Source: an uncultured Gammaproteobacteria bacterium | GTDB taxonomy: Bacteria > Patescibacteriota > Patescibacteriia > S139-126 | Direction of reading: 5' to 3' | Assembly: GCA_964620905.1 (NCBI GenBank) | Contig: CAZUKA010000001.1 | Coordinates: forward strand, 298,589 to 362,588 | DNA length: 64,000 nt | In this document: positions 9,586-19,062 of the stretch, piece after piece | Numbering within the stretch: position 1 is the stretch's first letter | Layout: every line of letters begins with the position of its first letter | The notes under the pieces: model-generated | The model's input: only the letters and a program-made list of their open reading frames with translations | What the model was told of the DNA's origin: nothing | Databases searched by the model: none | Translations under genes and position numbers: made by a program

Positions 9586-11349
9586 ATGTCAATATTCAAA
9601 GAATCAGACAAAAAAATAGAGCTTGACGCACTGCGTCACTCTGTCTCTCACTTGCTAGCTGCTGCTGTATTAGAACTTTGGCCAGGCACCAAAAATACTA
9701 TTGGTCCGGCAATTGCCAACGGATTTTATTATGACTTTGAATTTAAAAAACCAATTTCCGAAAATGACTTACCAAAAATAGAAGAAAAGATGCATACACT
9801 AATAAAAGATTGGGATGAATTTAAACGTGAGGAAGTAAGTATCAATAAAGCCAAACAAACTTATGGTGACAATCAATACAAATTAGAATTAATTGAAGAA
9901 TTTTCCCAAGCCGGCAAAACTTTAAGCTTTTATCATTCTGGTAAATTTACTGATCTGTGTCGGGGTGGACACGTGACAAAACCAAACAAAGAATTGAAGC
10001 ATTTTAAATTGCTATCACTGGCAGGGGCTTATTGGCGCGGTAGTGAAAAAAATACCATGCTCACCCGTATTTACGGCACGGCCTTTTTTTCAAAAAAAGA
10101 ATTGGAAGAATACTTACAAAAACTGGAAGATGCCAAAAAACGCGACCATCGTAAAATCGGTCAAGAACAAGAACTTTTCTTTTTTGACTCTTTAGTTGGA
10201 AAAGGACTACCAATGTGGCTACCAAAAGGTACTATTATAAAAAACGAAGTGGAGAAGCTGGCGATGGAACTGGAAAATAAATACGGTTATGAAAGAATTT
10301 CCACCCCCCATCTAGCTAAACAAGAACTATATCTCACCTCCGGTCATTTGCCCTATTATCAAGACTCAATGTATCCAGCAATGGAAATGGATGATGGTAC
10401 CTATTATTTAAAAAGTATGAATTGCCCTCACCATCATCTAGTATTTAAAGCAAAACCCAGAAGCTACCGAGATTTGCCAATCAGACTAGCTGAATACGGT
10501 ACAGTCTATCGCAATGAACTCTCCGGTACCCTAGCTGGACTCTTGCGGGTTAGATCTTTGCAGATGAACGATGCTCATATTTATTGTCGTAAAGATCAAA
10601 TTAAAACTGAAGTAAAAAAAGTAATAGAATTGAATTTAGAATTATTTAAGATTTTTGGATTAAATAATTTCTGGTTTAGATTGTCAAAGTGGGATCCAAA
10701 TCATAAAGAAAAATATGTCAATGAACCAGCCAACTGGGAATACTCTCAAAATATCCTTCGTGAAGTTTTACAAGAAAACAAAGTTGATTTTGTTGAAGCT
10801 GATGACGAAGCTGCTTTTTATGGTCCAAAAATTGATGTGCAATTTGAGTCAGTCATTGGCCGGGAAGAAACTATGTCCACTATTCAACTTGATTTTGTGG
10901 CTAAAACAAAATTCAACCTTACTTATACTAACCATGATGGTAAAGACAATAATGAAATATTTGTTATTCATCGTGCCCCCCTATCTACCCACGAACGATT
11001 TATGGCTTTTTTGATTGAACACTACGCCGGCGTCTGGCCAATTTGGCTTTCGCCGGTACAAGTAGCAATAATTTCAGTTGGCAAAGAACATCATGATTTT
11101 TGTCAGCAACTGGCTAGTGAATTTAAAAAATATGACATCCGTACTAATGTTGACGATGCCAATGAAACTGTGGGCAATAAAATACGTAAAGCCAGTCATG
11201 ACAAAATTCCTTATATTTTGGTAATTGGTGACAAAGAAATAAAATCTGATCAACTAATGGTCAGAGTCCGCGGACAAGAAAAACTCTTAACTATTGGAAA
11301 AAAAGAATTTATCGACCGCTTGATACAGGAAACAAACGAACGTCAATAA
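9586..11349 (+). CDS. thrS: Threonine--tRNA ligase (no N-terminal TGS domain)
   Basis: LRHS..H, DLCRGGHV, AGAYWRG, RDHRKIG, MNCPHH and FYGPKID motifs. Confidence 0.98.
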   Translation: MSIFKESDKKIELDALRHSVSHLLAAAVLELWPGTKNTIGPAIANGFYYDFEFKKPISENDLPKIEEKMHTLIKDWDEFKREEVSINKAKQTYGDNQYKLELIEEFSQAGKTLSFYHSGKFTDLCRGGHVTKPNKELKHFKLLSLAGAYWRGSEKNTMLTRIYGTAFFSKKELEEYLQKLEDAKKRDHRKIGQEQELFFFDSLVGKGLPMWLPKGTIIKNEVEKLAMELENKYGYERISTPHLAKQELYLTSGHLPYYQDSMYPAMEMDDGTYYLKSMNCPHHHLVFKAKPRSYRDLPIRLAEYGTVYRNELSGTLAGLLRVRSLQMNDAHIYCRKDQIKTEVKKVIELNLELFKIFGLNNFWFRLSKWDPNHKEKYVNEPANWEYSQNILREVLQENKVDFVEADDEAAFYGPKIDVQFESVIGREETMSTIQLDFVAKTKFNLTYTNHDGKDNNEIFVIHRAPLSTHERFMAFLIEHYAGVWPIWLSPVQVAIISVGKEHHDFCQQLASEFKKYDIRTNVDDANETVGNKIRKASHDKIPYILVIGDKEIKSDQLMVRVRGQEKLLTIGKKEFIDRLIQETNERQ

Positions 11350-11353
11350 TAAA

Positions 11354-11395
11354 AATCATAAAACAAACCCCATTTTCGGGGTTTGTTTTATGATT
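11354..11395 (+). terminator. thrS terminator, 18-bp perfect stem whose right arm overlaps the next -35 box
   Basis: AATCATAAAACAAACCCC/GGGGTTTGTTTTATGATT; TTGACA at 11394-11399. Confidence 0.8.
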
Positions 11396-11473
11396 GACAA
11401 AATATGAATAATTTGCTATTATTTATAGTTCGTAATATTAAAAATTCATTAATTAAATAAAAAGGATTCAGAA

Positions 11474-11938
11474 ATGAAAGATTCACCAGTTACAAATACT
11501 GAAAAAAAAGTTGATTCCGAATTCAGGAAAATATTTTCTTGTGATCATGTACTAGTGCGTGTACCCCTTCCAAATAAATATATGCGCTATGATAAAGCGC
11601 ATAAATTCTTAAATAAGGAAAATAAATTAGTGTTTATACCTAGTAACTTTGTACGTGGATTTTTATTTCCAGGTACGAAAATGATAATGTATATACATTA
11701 CTATATTTCAGAAGATTATTTGGGTGGAATTATTGTAGCTCAAATTGAATTACAAAAAAAAATATATCCTGATAATCGCGTGCAGTACATTCTTAATGTA
11801 AGACCACAATCAAATGTTGGGCCTAAATACGAACTCAAAATTATCGCAAATAAGCCAAATAGAAACGATGACCTTGGTTATCTAATATGTATTGAGGGCA
11901 AAGCAATTGGTAAAATTGCTTGCCGAGAGATTGTATAA
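11474..11938 (+). CDS. Orphan hypothetical protein
   Basis: TTGACA-17-TATTAT promoter, AAGGA SD, terminator at 11945-11970. Confidence 0.65.
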   Translation: MKDSPVTNTEKKVDSEFRKIFSCDHVLVRVPLPNKYMRYDKAHKFLNKENKLVFIPSNFVRGFLFPGTKMIMYIHYYISEDYLGGIIVAQIELQKKIYPDNRVQYILNVRPQSNVGPKYELKIIANKPNRNDDLGYLICIEGKAIGKIACREIV

Positions 11939-11944
11939 AAAAAC

Positions 11945-11970
11945 AAGGGACAGCTATCAAGCTGTCCTTT
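11945..11970. terminator. Bidirectional terminator between convergent orphans
   Basis: AAGGGACAGCT/AGCTGTCCTTT. Confidence 0.7.
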
Positions 11971-11979
11971 TCATTTTGT

Positions 11980-12228
11980 TTAAATTTTAATATCTCTAGT
12001 TATACCAAGCCAAAAAGATTTTGTACCACTTTGTACGGCTTTTACCCCTTGGTTTAGAAATTTTAATTTTAAACTTTGAATATGATATTCTGTCAACAGA
12101 AAATTACCAATAAAAGTATCGTACCCAAACTTTGTACCATTGGCTGTATCAGCCAAAATTGCTTCGGCATCACTGCCAACAAAAAAATGCTTATTATAAT
12201 CTTGATCAGTGAACATGATAAATACCAT
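11980..12228 (-). CDS. Orphan hypothetical protein
   Basis: AAGGAG SD, TTGACA-17-TAGTTT promoter. Confidence 0.6.
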   Translation of the reverse strand: MVFIMFTDQDYNKHFFVGSDAEAILADTANGTKFGYDTFIGNFLLTEYHIQSLKLKFLNQGVKAVQSGTKSFWLGITRDIKI

Positions 12229-12363
12229 ATTTTCTCCTTTATTTTATAAATTGATAAACAACTATTTGCTAGTAAACTACTTTAAAATAATATATTTGTC
12301 AATAAATCTTGACATAAAGAAAATATTTTGTTAAACTAATATGATTTTTTACATGGAGGAAAA

Positions 12364-12624
12364 ATGTTCGTTTACATTATTTATTTTCTAATTGTCATGC
12401 AAATGCTGGCCTGGTTGTTTTTTTCGCTAAAAGGCGGAAACATTACTGATAAACAGTTCTATCTGTTTACTTTGGGAATGCTTTTGGGGCAATTTGGCGC
12501 CTCAATAGAGACATTTATAAATAATTCCTGGGGAACATTTGTGGTACAATTATACTTTTTTATATTTACATTGATTGGTGGTATTAAAAGATACCGTCTA
12601 ACTAAAAAAAGGACTACACAATAG
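12364..12624 (+). CDS. Small 3-TM membrane protein
   Basis: GGAGG SD, TTGACA-17-TAAACT promoter, three hydrophobic segments. Confidence 0.65.
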   Translation: MFVYIIYFLIVMQMLAWLFFSLKGGNITDKQFYLFTLGMLLGQFGASIETFINNSWGTFVVQLYFFIFTLIGGIKRYRLTKKRTTQ

Positions 12625-12670
12625 TAGTCTTTTTTATTTAAAACTATAAAATTAATATAAAAAAACGGAC

Positions 12671-13132
12671 TTACGTCCGTTTATGATTAACTCTCATCTC
12701 TACTTGACCAGTTTTTTTAAAACCCAACTTTTTATAAAATTTATGATTTTTTTCAACACAATTTAAAATAACCTTATAACAACCAATTTTTATAGATTGG
12801 GATACAAGATATTTGATCAAATTTTTACCTATCCCCAGACCTCTCATATTTTTTTCTACTACAATATTTTCTATATGACCATATGGCCTACCACTATGAG
12901 ATAAATTTAATTGAACCAAAAGCATGCCCGTACCAACAATATTATTTTTGTATTTAGCGATAATTAATATATAATTATTATCATTTATAATCCTTTTAAG
13001 GATTGCTGCATATTGTTTATTGCTTTTTTTTATATTATTCACAACATCAACTGGGCTTAATTGGTAAAGTAATAATAAAATGGAGTTTAAATCACTCAAT
13101 CTTGCTTTTCTTATGATAAAAATTTTTTTCAT
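12671..13132 (-). CDS. GNAT acetyltransferase, GNA1 (glucosamine-6-phosphate N-acetyltransferase)-like
   Basis: GHIENIVV...RGLGIG, GCYKVILNC and FYKKLGF motifs. Confidence 0.8.
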   Translation of the reverse strand: MKKIFIIRKARLSDLNSILLLLYQLSPVDVVNNIKKSNKQYAAILKRIINDNNYILIIAKYKNNIVGTGMLLVQLNLSHSGRPYGHIENIVVEKNMRGLGIGKNLIKYLVSQSIKIGCYKVILNCVEKNHKFYKKLGFKKTGQVEMRVNHKRT

Positions 13133-13234
13133 TTTTACTCCTAATTAAATATTAAAAAACTATATAAATCACACTAACATAAAATAATTCTTGATTCAAG
13201 AACATTTTTATCATATAATACAAAGCACGAATTT

Positions 13235-14551
13235 ATGACAAAAAAACTCAAATACTATCTATTTGTGATTGGTTGCCAAATGAATTTATCCGATGCGGAA
13301 AGACTGGAAACAATCCTCCAAACCATCGGCTATACCAAAACAACCATAGAAGCAGAAGCTGATTTTATCGGTGTGGTTTCTTGTGCGGTCAGACAAAAAG
13401 CCATGGACAGGATTTATGGAAAAATCAGACGATGGAATCTAATGAAAGAATCACGTCCGCTTATCACTCTGCTAACAGGTTGTGTGCTTAAACATGACAA
13501 AAATAAACTCAAATATGAATTTGATATTTTACTGGATATGAAAGATATTCAAAAACTTCCCCAAGAATTGAAAATCCGCCAAGCCCAACTGGGTGATTTT
13601 ATTCCGGCTACTTCCTATCTGCAGATAAAACCAACTTATGAATCCGGCTACAAAGCTTATGTGCCAATTATGACTGGGTGTAATAAATTTTGTACTTATT
13701 GTGCTGTCCCCTATACCAGGGGTCCTGAAGTATCTCGTAGTGCTGAAGAAATTTTTGAAGAAATAAATACTTTACTAAAAAAAGGCTACAAAGAAATTAC
13801 TTTACTTGGTCAAAACGTAAACTCCTACGGTCTTGATAACAAAGATACTCGTAGCCCAAATTACAAAAAAGCTATGCTGACTTTTCCCGAACTTTTACAT
13901 GAAATCAACTCCTGGCGTGGTAATTTTTGGCTACGTTTTGTTACCTCTCACCCTTACGATATGTCAGATGAACTAATTAATGTAATGGCAGAAAAAAAAC
14001 ATCTTACTGAATATATGCATTTACCAGTCCAATCAGGTAGCGATAAGATACTAAAAAAAATGAATCGTAATTATACGGTTAAACATTATTTAAATAAATT
14101 AAAAAAAGTACGTTCAACAATTCCTATCATCTCTTTATCTACGGATATTATTGTTGGTTTTTCCGGTGAAACAGCTAAAGACTTTAGGCAAACAGCCCAA
14201 CTAATGGATAAAGTTGGTTATGACATGGCTTATATTTCGCAATATTCTCCTCGACCCGGGACTTCTGCTGCTAGACTATATCCTGATGACATATCACGAG
14301 AAATTAAAAAACAACGCGAATATCAACTCAATGAAATTCTTAAAAAAACGGCTTTCACCTATAACCAAAAATTTTTAAATAAAACTACCTCTGTACTGGT
14401 AGATGGGATAAAAAATAAAAAACTTCACGGTAAAAACCGAGAATTTAAAACTGTGCAATTCCCAGGCCCCAAAAAACTGATCGGTAATTTTGTTAATGTA
14501 AAAATAAATAAAGCTGGTACTTGGGGATTATCAGGTACCATAAAAAAATAA
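13235..14551 (+). CDS. miaB: tRNA methylthiotransferase MiaB
   Basis: GCQMN, radical-SAM GCNKFCTYCAVP, LLGQNVNSYG, TRAM domain; adjacent to miaA. Confidence 0.95.
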   Translation: MTKKLKYYLFVIGCQMNLSDAERLETILQTIGYTKTTIEAEADFIGVVSCAVRQKAMDRIYGKIRRWNLMKESRPLITLLTGCVLKHDKNKLKYEFDILLDMKDIQKLPQELKIRQAQLGDFIPATSYLQIKPTYESGYKAYVPIMTGCNKFCTYCAVPYTRGPEVSRSAEEIFEEINTLLKKGYKEITLLGQNVNSYGLDNKDTRSPNYKKAMLTFPELLHEINSWRGNFWLRFVTSHPYDMSDELINVMAEKKHLTEYMHLPVQSGSDKILKKMNRNYTVKHYLNKLKKVRSTIPIISLSTDIIVGFSGETAKDFRQTAQLMDKVGYDMAYISQYSPRPGTSAARLYPDDISREIKKQREYQLNEILKKTAFTYNQKFLNKTTSVLVDGIKNKKLHGKNREFKTVQFPGPKKLIGNFVNVKINKAGTWGLSGTIKK

Positions 14552-15492
14552 TGTCCAAGAAAAAAATTTTAATAATATTAGGACCAACTGCCTCAGGTAA
14601 AACTGAATTGGCTTTACGTTTGGCTAAAAAATTCAATGGCTTTGTAATATCAGCTGATTCAAGACAACTTTATAAAGAAATGAATATTGGTACGGCTAAA
14701 CCGAAGGGTAGAATATTGAATTTTGAATCTGGAATAAAGAATATAAATACAGTTTATTCTGTTCAAAATATTCCACATTTTATGCTAGATATAATAAATA
14801 CAAATAAATTATTCACTTTGGCTGATTGGCTTAAAATTACCAAACAAATATTAAACTCCAAAATTCTAAATTCTAAATTCCAGATTCCAATAATCTGTGG
14901 TGGTACTGGACTTTATATTTCAGCTCTAGTTGATAATTATGATTTACCCCAAGGTAAAGTTGATTTGCTTTTACGAAAAAAACTAAATAAGCTATCACTT
15001 TTATCATTACAAAAAAAATTAAAAAAACTTGATTTAGCTGCGTATGAAACAATCGACCAACAAAACAAGATTAAAATTATCAGAGCACTAGAATATGTTT
15101 TAACCAATCAACGTATCTTTAAACCAAAGACTAATCAAAAATCATCTTATAAATTTTTACAAATTGGATTGAATATACCACGAGAAAAACTTTACCAAAG
15201 AATAAATCAACGAGTAGATAAAATGATAAAAAACGGTCTAATCGAAGAAGTCAAACGACTTACTAAAAAATATTCAGCTAATCTACCGTCAATGTCTGGA
15301 ATTGGTTATAAACAGATTCAAATGTATTTAAATAACAAAATAGACAAAACTCAAGCAATTGAAATGATAAAAACTGATACCAGACACTATGCCAAAAGAC
15401 AACTCACTTGGTTTAAGAGAAATAAAAATATTATTTGGATTAAAAAATATCATACTGCCGAAAAATTAGTAAAAAATTTTTTACAAAATTAA
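14551..15492 (+). CDS. miaA: tRNA dimethylallyltransferase
   Basis: GPTASGKT, ISADSRQ, GTAKP, GGTGLY and YAKRQLTW motifs; TAATG overlap with miaB. Confidence 0.97.
   Translation: MSKKKILIILGPTASGKTELALRLAKKFNGFVISADSRQLYKEMNIGTAKPKGRILNFESGIKNINTVYSVQNIPHFMLDIINTNKLFTLADWLKITKQILNSKILNSKFQIPIICGGTGLYISALVDNYDLPQGKVDLLLRKKLNKLSLLSLQKKLKKLDLAAYETIDQQNKIKIIRALEYVLTNQRIFKPKTNQKSSYKFLQIGLNIPREKLYQRINQRVDKMIKNGLIEEVKRLTKKYSANLPSMSGIGYKQIQMYLNNKIDKTQAIEMIKTDTRHYAKRQLTWFKRNKNIIWIKKYHTAEKLVKNFLQN
14709..14743 (+). repeat. Degenerate 7-bp tandem repeat (NNGAATW x5), in frame in miaA
   Basis: TAGAATA TTGAATT TTGAATC TGGAATA AAGAATA. Confidence 0.65.
14861..14888 (-). repeat. Inverted 7-bp tandem repeat x4, in frame in miaA
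   Basis: AAATTCT AAATTCT AAATTCC AGATTCC. Confidence 0.7.
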
Positions 15493-15512
15493 AGGGAGCA
15501 TGCTGCTCCCTT
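15492..15512. terminator. Terminator between miaA and the convergent orphan
   Basis: AAGGGAGCA/TGCTCCCTT. Confidence 0.7.
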
Positions 15513-15515
15513 ATT

Positions 15516-16529
15516 TTAATAGAATTTTTGAATTTTTTTCTTTATCATCTCAAAATTTTTTGACTTAATGTGCAACCGATCTTCCCGGTGCCAATCATTT
15601 GCCTCTTCATTCGGCAAAAGTTCAAATAATTTGAAATGTTTTTGAAATCTCCTAGGAGTAAATAAACTTATTTGATCCCCAAGTTTTCCAATTAATCTTA
15701 TTGCCACGATTGAATTATTATCACCCTGACGAAACATTTCAGCTTTCAATAACCCCAAGTTGGGTTTAATACCTTGTTGATACTCTTTTAAAATATCAAC
15801 ATAGACTAAACCTTTTTCCTTCTTAATGTTTACAAATAGATTTTGTGTTAGGATTTTATTTTGCTGATATTCAGCGGTGATGATATTTATGTAATCACTA
15901 ATTACTTCGTCATTTTGTCCGTTTTCTATCCAAACACGCAATTTCTCGTACAAAGTTTGACGATTCTCCTGACGGGAGACCGGATTAACAAAATAGCTGG
16001 GACCATAAAATGTTCCCATTAGATAAATATTCGCTAGTGGCGAATAACCATTACTATTAATTTGACCTTCAAATTTATTGGCGTCAATGTCAAGTTGATC
16101 ATAAAATTTTTGGTCAAAACAACCCTTTAAATAAGACAAGTATCCATCTAAATCATCATGAAATACAACGAAATCAACCTTTCTTTTTAACCATTCACCA
16201 ATTTCTACCATACTGGTAGCCGAGGGGGCAAACTCCCCGGGTAATACGCGGGCATTTTTACCCAAACGATCAACAATTTGATGATAGTTTGAAATATTTT
16301 TTTCTTTATTTTCGTGATGATCAATATATACCACTTCAATACCAAAATTGATGAGAGTTTTTATTAAATCAACTATTTGATCTGATGGACCTAGATCCAC
16401 CAGGGCAACTTTTTTTATTTTATTTAATAAAATAAACTCTGCTATCAATAATAGATGAATATAAGATAGAAAGGGTTGTATGGCAAACCCTTTAATACCA
16501 TTGATTATGGTATGGATTATGGGCTCCAT
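15516..16529 (-). CDS. DHH phosphoesterase-like protein with permuted motif order
   Basis: VDLG, YIDHHE, APSATS, then VVFHDDLDG; GGAGGTGA SD; TTGACA-17-TATACT promoter. Confidence 0.6.
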   Translation of the reverse strand: MEPIIHTIINGIKGFAIQPFLSYIHLLLIAEFILLNKIKKVALVDLGPSDQIVDLIKTLINFGIEVVYIDHHENKEKNISNYHQIVDRLGKNARVLPGEFAPSATSMVEIGEWLKRKVDFVVFHDDLDGYLSYLKGCFDQKFYDQLDIDANKFEGQINSNGYSPLANIYLMGTFYGPSYFVNPVSRQENRQTLYEKLRVWIENGQNDEVISDYINIITAEYQQNKILTQNLFVNIKKEKGLVYVDILKEYQQGIKPNLGLLKAEMFRQGDNNSIVAIRLIGKLGDQISLFTPRRFQKHFKLFELLPNEEANDWHREDRLHIKSKNFEMIKKKIQKFY

Positions 16530-16651
16530 AACTCACCTCCATGAATTTAATTTATAATTTTATTAATTTTTAATATACAAAATAATGTCAATAAACGACT
16601 GCTTAGTATATCTGACTTTCAACATTTTGTCAAGTATATAAAAAAGGCAGT

Positions 16652-17080
16652 CTAACTGCCTTTAGTTTGATTATTAAAGTTTGGGGATATACCCAAACGT
16701 GTAATAATTTTTTCAGTCATGGAAACTGAGATAGTAAATAAAATTTGTTTCTGGTAAATATAAATTATGGTTTTTTCTTCATTGTCTCCGCAGATTTTAA
16801 TTTTTATTTTTTTTATCTCCGGTAATTTTTTATCAGTAAAAAATTCTAAAATTTTTTCTTTAGAGCAATACAAACCTTCGGAAAAGGTTTCACCAACAAT
16901 AATCGAATCAGCCATCATAGCCGTTAACCAATTTTGATCATTGGTTAAAAAACCGTCATAAAATATTTTTCCGAAATCATAAAAAAAAGAAGAGTCAGTC
17001 GTTGGGTGTTTTTCCTGAGATAAAGCAGAAGAAATGCTCAGTACAATTAAACCAGCCACAAAAAAATGCGTTAAACGCAT
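16652..17080 (-). CDS. Secreted hypothetical protein (signal peptide; possibly NTF2-like)
   Basis: N-terminal signal peptide, GGAGG SD, own promoter. Confidence 0.55.
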   Translation of the reverse strand: MRLTHFFVAGLIVLSISSALSQEKHPTTDSSFFYDFGKIFYDGFLTNDQNWLTAMMADSIIVGETFSEGLYCSKEKILEFFTDKKLPEIKKIKIKICGDNEEKTIIYIYQKQILFTISVSMTEKIITRLGISPNFNNQTKGS

Positions 17081-17182
17081 AGATCCTCCCTGATATTAAG
17101 TTGTTAAATAAGTTTTAAATAAACTGAATCTTTACATTTTACAACTTCCAATAAAAAAGTCAATCTAAACTATATATAAAAA

Positions 17183-18676
17183 TCAGGTGAGTAATTTGAT
17201 AAGTAATTCTTCAACTTTCACCGGATCTGCTTTACCTTTGGATTTTTTCATAACCATACCAATTAAAAATTTAAGCACAGCAGTTTTGCCCTGTTTATAC
17301 TGGCCAACTTGACTATTATTTTCAGATATTACTTCTTTTATCAAATCTTCAATATCACTACCTGATGTTTGTTGAAGATCAAGTTCATCCATAATATCTG
17401 ACGGGTCTTTACCAGTAGTAAACATTTTTTCTAAGATTGCCTGGGCAGCAGTAGAATTTACCCGTCGGGTAAAAACTAATTGCAAAAATTCGGCCATATT
17501 TTCTGGAGTGATTTTCAAATCAACCACCTCTAAATTATTTTTATTTATTAATTGTAATAAATTATTCAATAACCAATTAGCTACCAATTTGGCAATTTTA
17601 TCTTTGTATTGTTCTTGGATTTCTGCAACTGTACCTTGCAGATTATCTCCTGATTCTAACCAAGCTAAAAATTCAGAATATACTTTTTCTGCATAACGAT
17701 CAAATCCCGAAAAAGACAGCAAAATATTTACCTCTGATAATTTAAAACCATATTCACCAATCAGACGATGTCTGGTTTGATTCGGTAATTCAGGTATCTG
17801 TTTTTTTATTGTAGCTACCTCTGGTGAAGTTAAAATAAGTGGGGGTAAGTCAGGTTCCGGAAAATAGCGATAATCACTAGCTTCTTCTTTGACCCGTTGT
17901 TCAACTGTTATGTTTTTTTGTTCATCCCATCCCCTAGTACTCTGACAATCAGGTGGGCTACCGTCTTGCCATAATTTTGTCTGACGTTTAATTTCATACT
18001 CCAAAGCTCGTTCCACTGATCGAAAAGAATTTAAATTTTTTATTTCGGTCTTAGGATACAACTTATTATCACCAGCAGGACGCAAAGAGACATTAGCATC
18101 ACAACGAAGTTGCCCTTTTTCCATATCAGCATCAGATATACCAAGTAGCCACATAATTGCTCTCAATTCTTGCAAAAATATTTTGGCTTCTTGAGGGGTG
18201 TGGAAATCAGGACGCGTCACAATTTCTACCAAGGGTGTTCCCGCACGGTTAAAATCAATTAAGGCATAATCTGCTTGGTGAAAATTTTTGGCTGCATCTT
18301 CTTCCAAATGCAACCTTTCTATACCAAATTGTTTTTCGCCATCAGGCAACAATATTTCCAAAAAACCATAGCTGGCTAAAGGTTGATCATACTGAGAAAT
18401 CTGATAACCCTTGGGTAAATCGGGATAAAAATAACTTTTACGATCAAATTTTGAGTGTTCATTTACTTTCAAATTCAAGGCAAGTGCCGCTTTGATACCC
18501 AAAAATATAGCTCGCTTGTTAGTTACAGGTAATATTCCTGGATGTCCCATACAAATAGGGCAAACATTCTTGTTTGGTTCAGTGATGTCAAATTCATTGG
18601 CACAACTACAAAACATTTTTGATTTTGTTTTGAGTTGAACGTGTATTTCCAAACCAATAATCGGTTCATATTTCAT
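17183..18676 (-). CDS. gatB: Asp/Glu-tRNA amidotransferase subunit B
   Basis: IGLEIHVQLKT, YFYPDLPKGYQISQ, EIKNLNS and YRYFPEPDLPP motifs. Confidence 0.98.
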   Translation of the reverse strand: MKYEPIIGLEIHVQLKTKSKMFCSCANEFDITEPNKNVCPICMGHPGILPVTNKRAIFLGIKAALALNLKVNEHSKFDRKSYFYPDLPKGYQISQYDQPLASYGFLEILLPDGEKQFGIERLHLEEDAAKNFHQADYALIDFNRAGTPLVEIVTRPDFHTPQEAKIFLQELRAIMWLLGISDADMEKGQLRCDANVSLRPAGDNKLYPKTEIKNLNSFRSVERALEYEIKRQTKLWQDGSPPDCQSTRGWDEQKNITVEQRVKEEASDYRYFPEPDLPPLILTSPEVATIKKQIPELPNQTRHRLIGEYGFKLSEVNILLSFSGFDRYAEKVYSEFLAWLESGDNLQGTVAEIQEQYKDKIAKLVANWLLNNLLQLINKNNLEVVDLKITPENMAEFLQLVFTRRVNSTAAQAILEKMFTTGKDPSDIMDELDLQQTSGSDIEDLIKEVISENNSQVGQYKQGKTAVLKFLIGMVMKKSKGKADPVKVEELLIKLLT

Positions 18677-18738
18677 AGGGAAATTTTATCATACTAAAAA
18701 AAATAAAAAAAGCTTGTCATAAACAAGCTTTTATTAAT

Positions 18739-19041
18739 TTAAATAAAATTACTTAAGTCCTTCCACCAAATGTGGAAAATTTTTTTCATCATTTTATTGG
18801 CTTCAGTTTCGCCACATTTTTTAATCATGTCTTTATATCGGGAAATTATTTTTTGACGAAATTCTTCTTCTTTTTCCAATAATTCTTGGAGTAAGGGTGG
18901 ACAAGTTTGGCACAATGGTACCACTTGTGTTTTTAGCTGCAAGGCTGAACTAATATTATCAAACTCAATTTCGATGTCAAAATCTCTTCTCCCTGACGGA
19001 ACTTCATCCGATTTAAAATAAGAATTAATATCAAAGAACAT
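18739..19041 (-). CDS. Orphan hypothetical protein (CxxC)
   Basis: AAGGAGGAG SD; terminator at 18708-18732. Confidence 0.55.
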   Translation of the reverse strand: MFFDINSYFKSDEVPSGRRDFDIEIEFDNISSALQLKTQVVPLCQTCPPLLQELLEKEEEFRQKIISRYKDMIKKCGETEANKMMKKIFHIWWKDLSNFI

Positions 19042-19062
19042 AACTCCTCCTTATATTTTGTT

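Noticed and set aside
10624-10660. TAGAATTGAATTTAGAATT in thrS, resembling the heptamer family
   Set aside because: The period is not consistently 7 and it encodes an ordinary helix (IELNLELFKIFG) at a normal ThrRS position.
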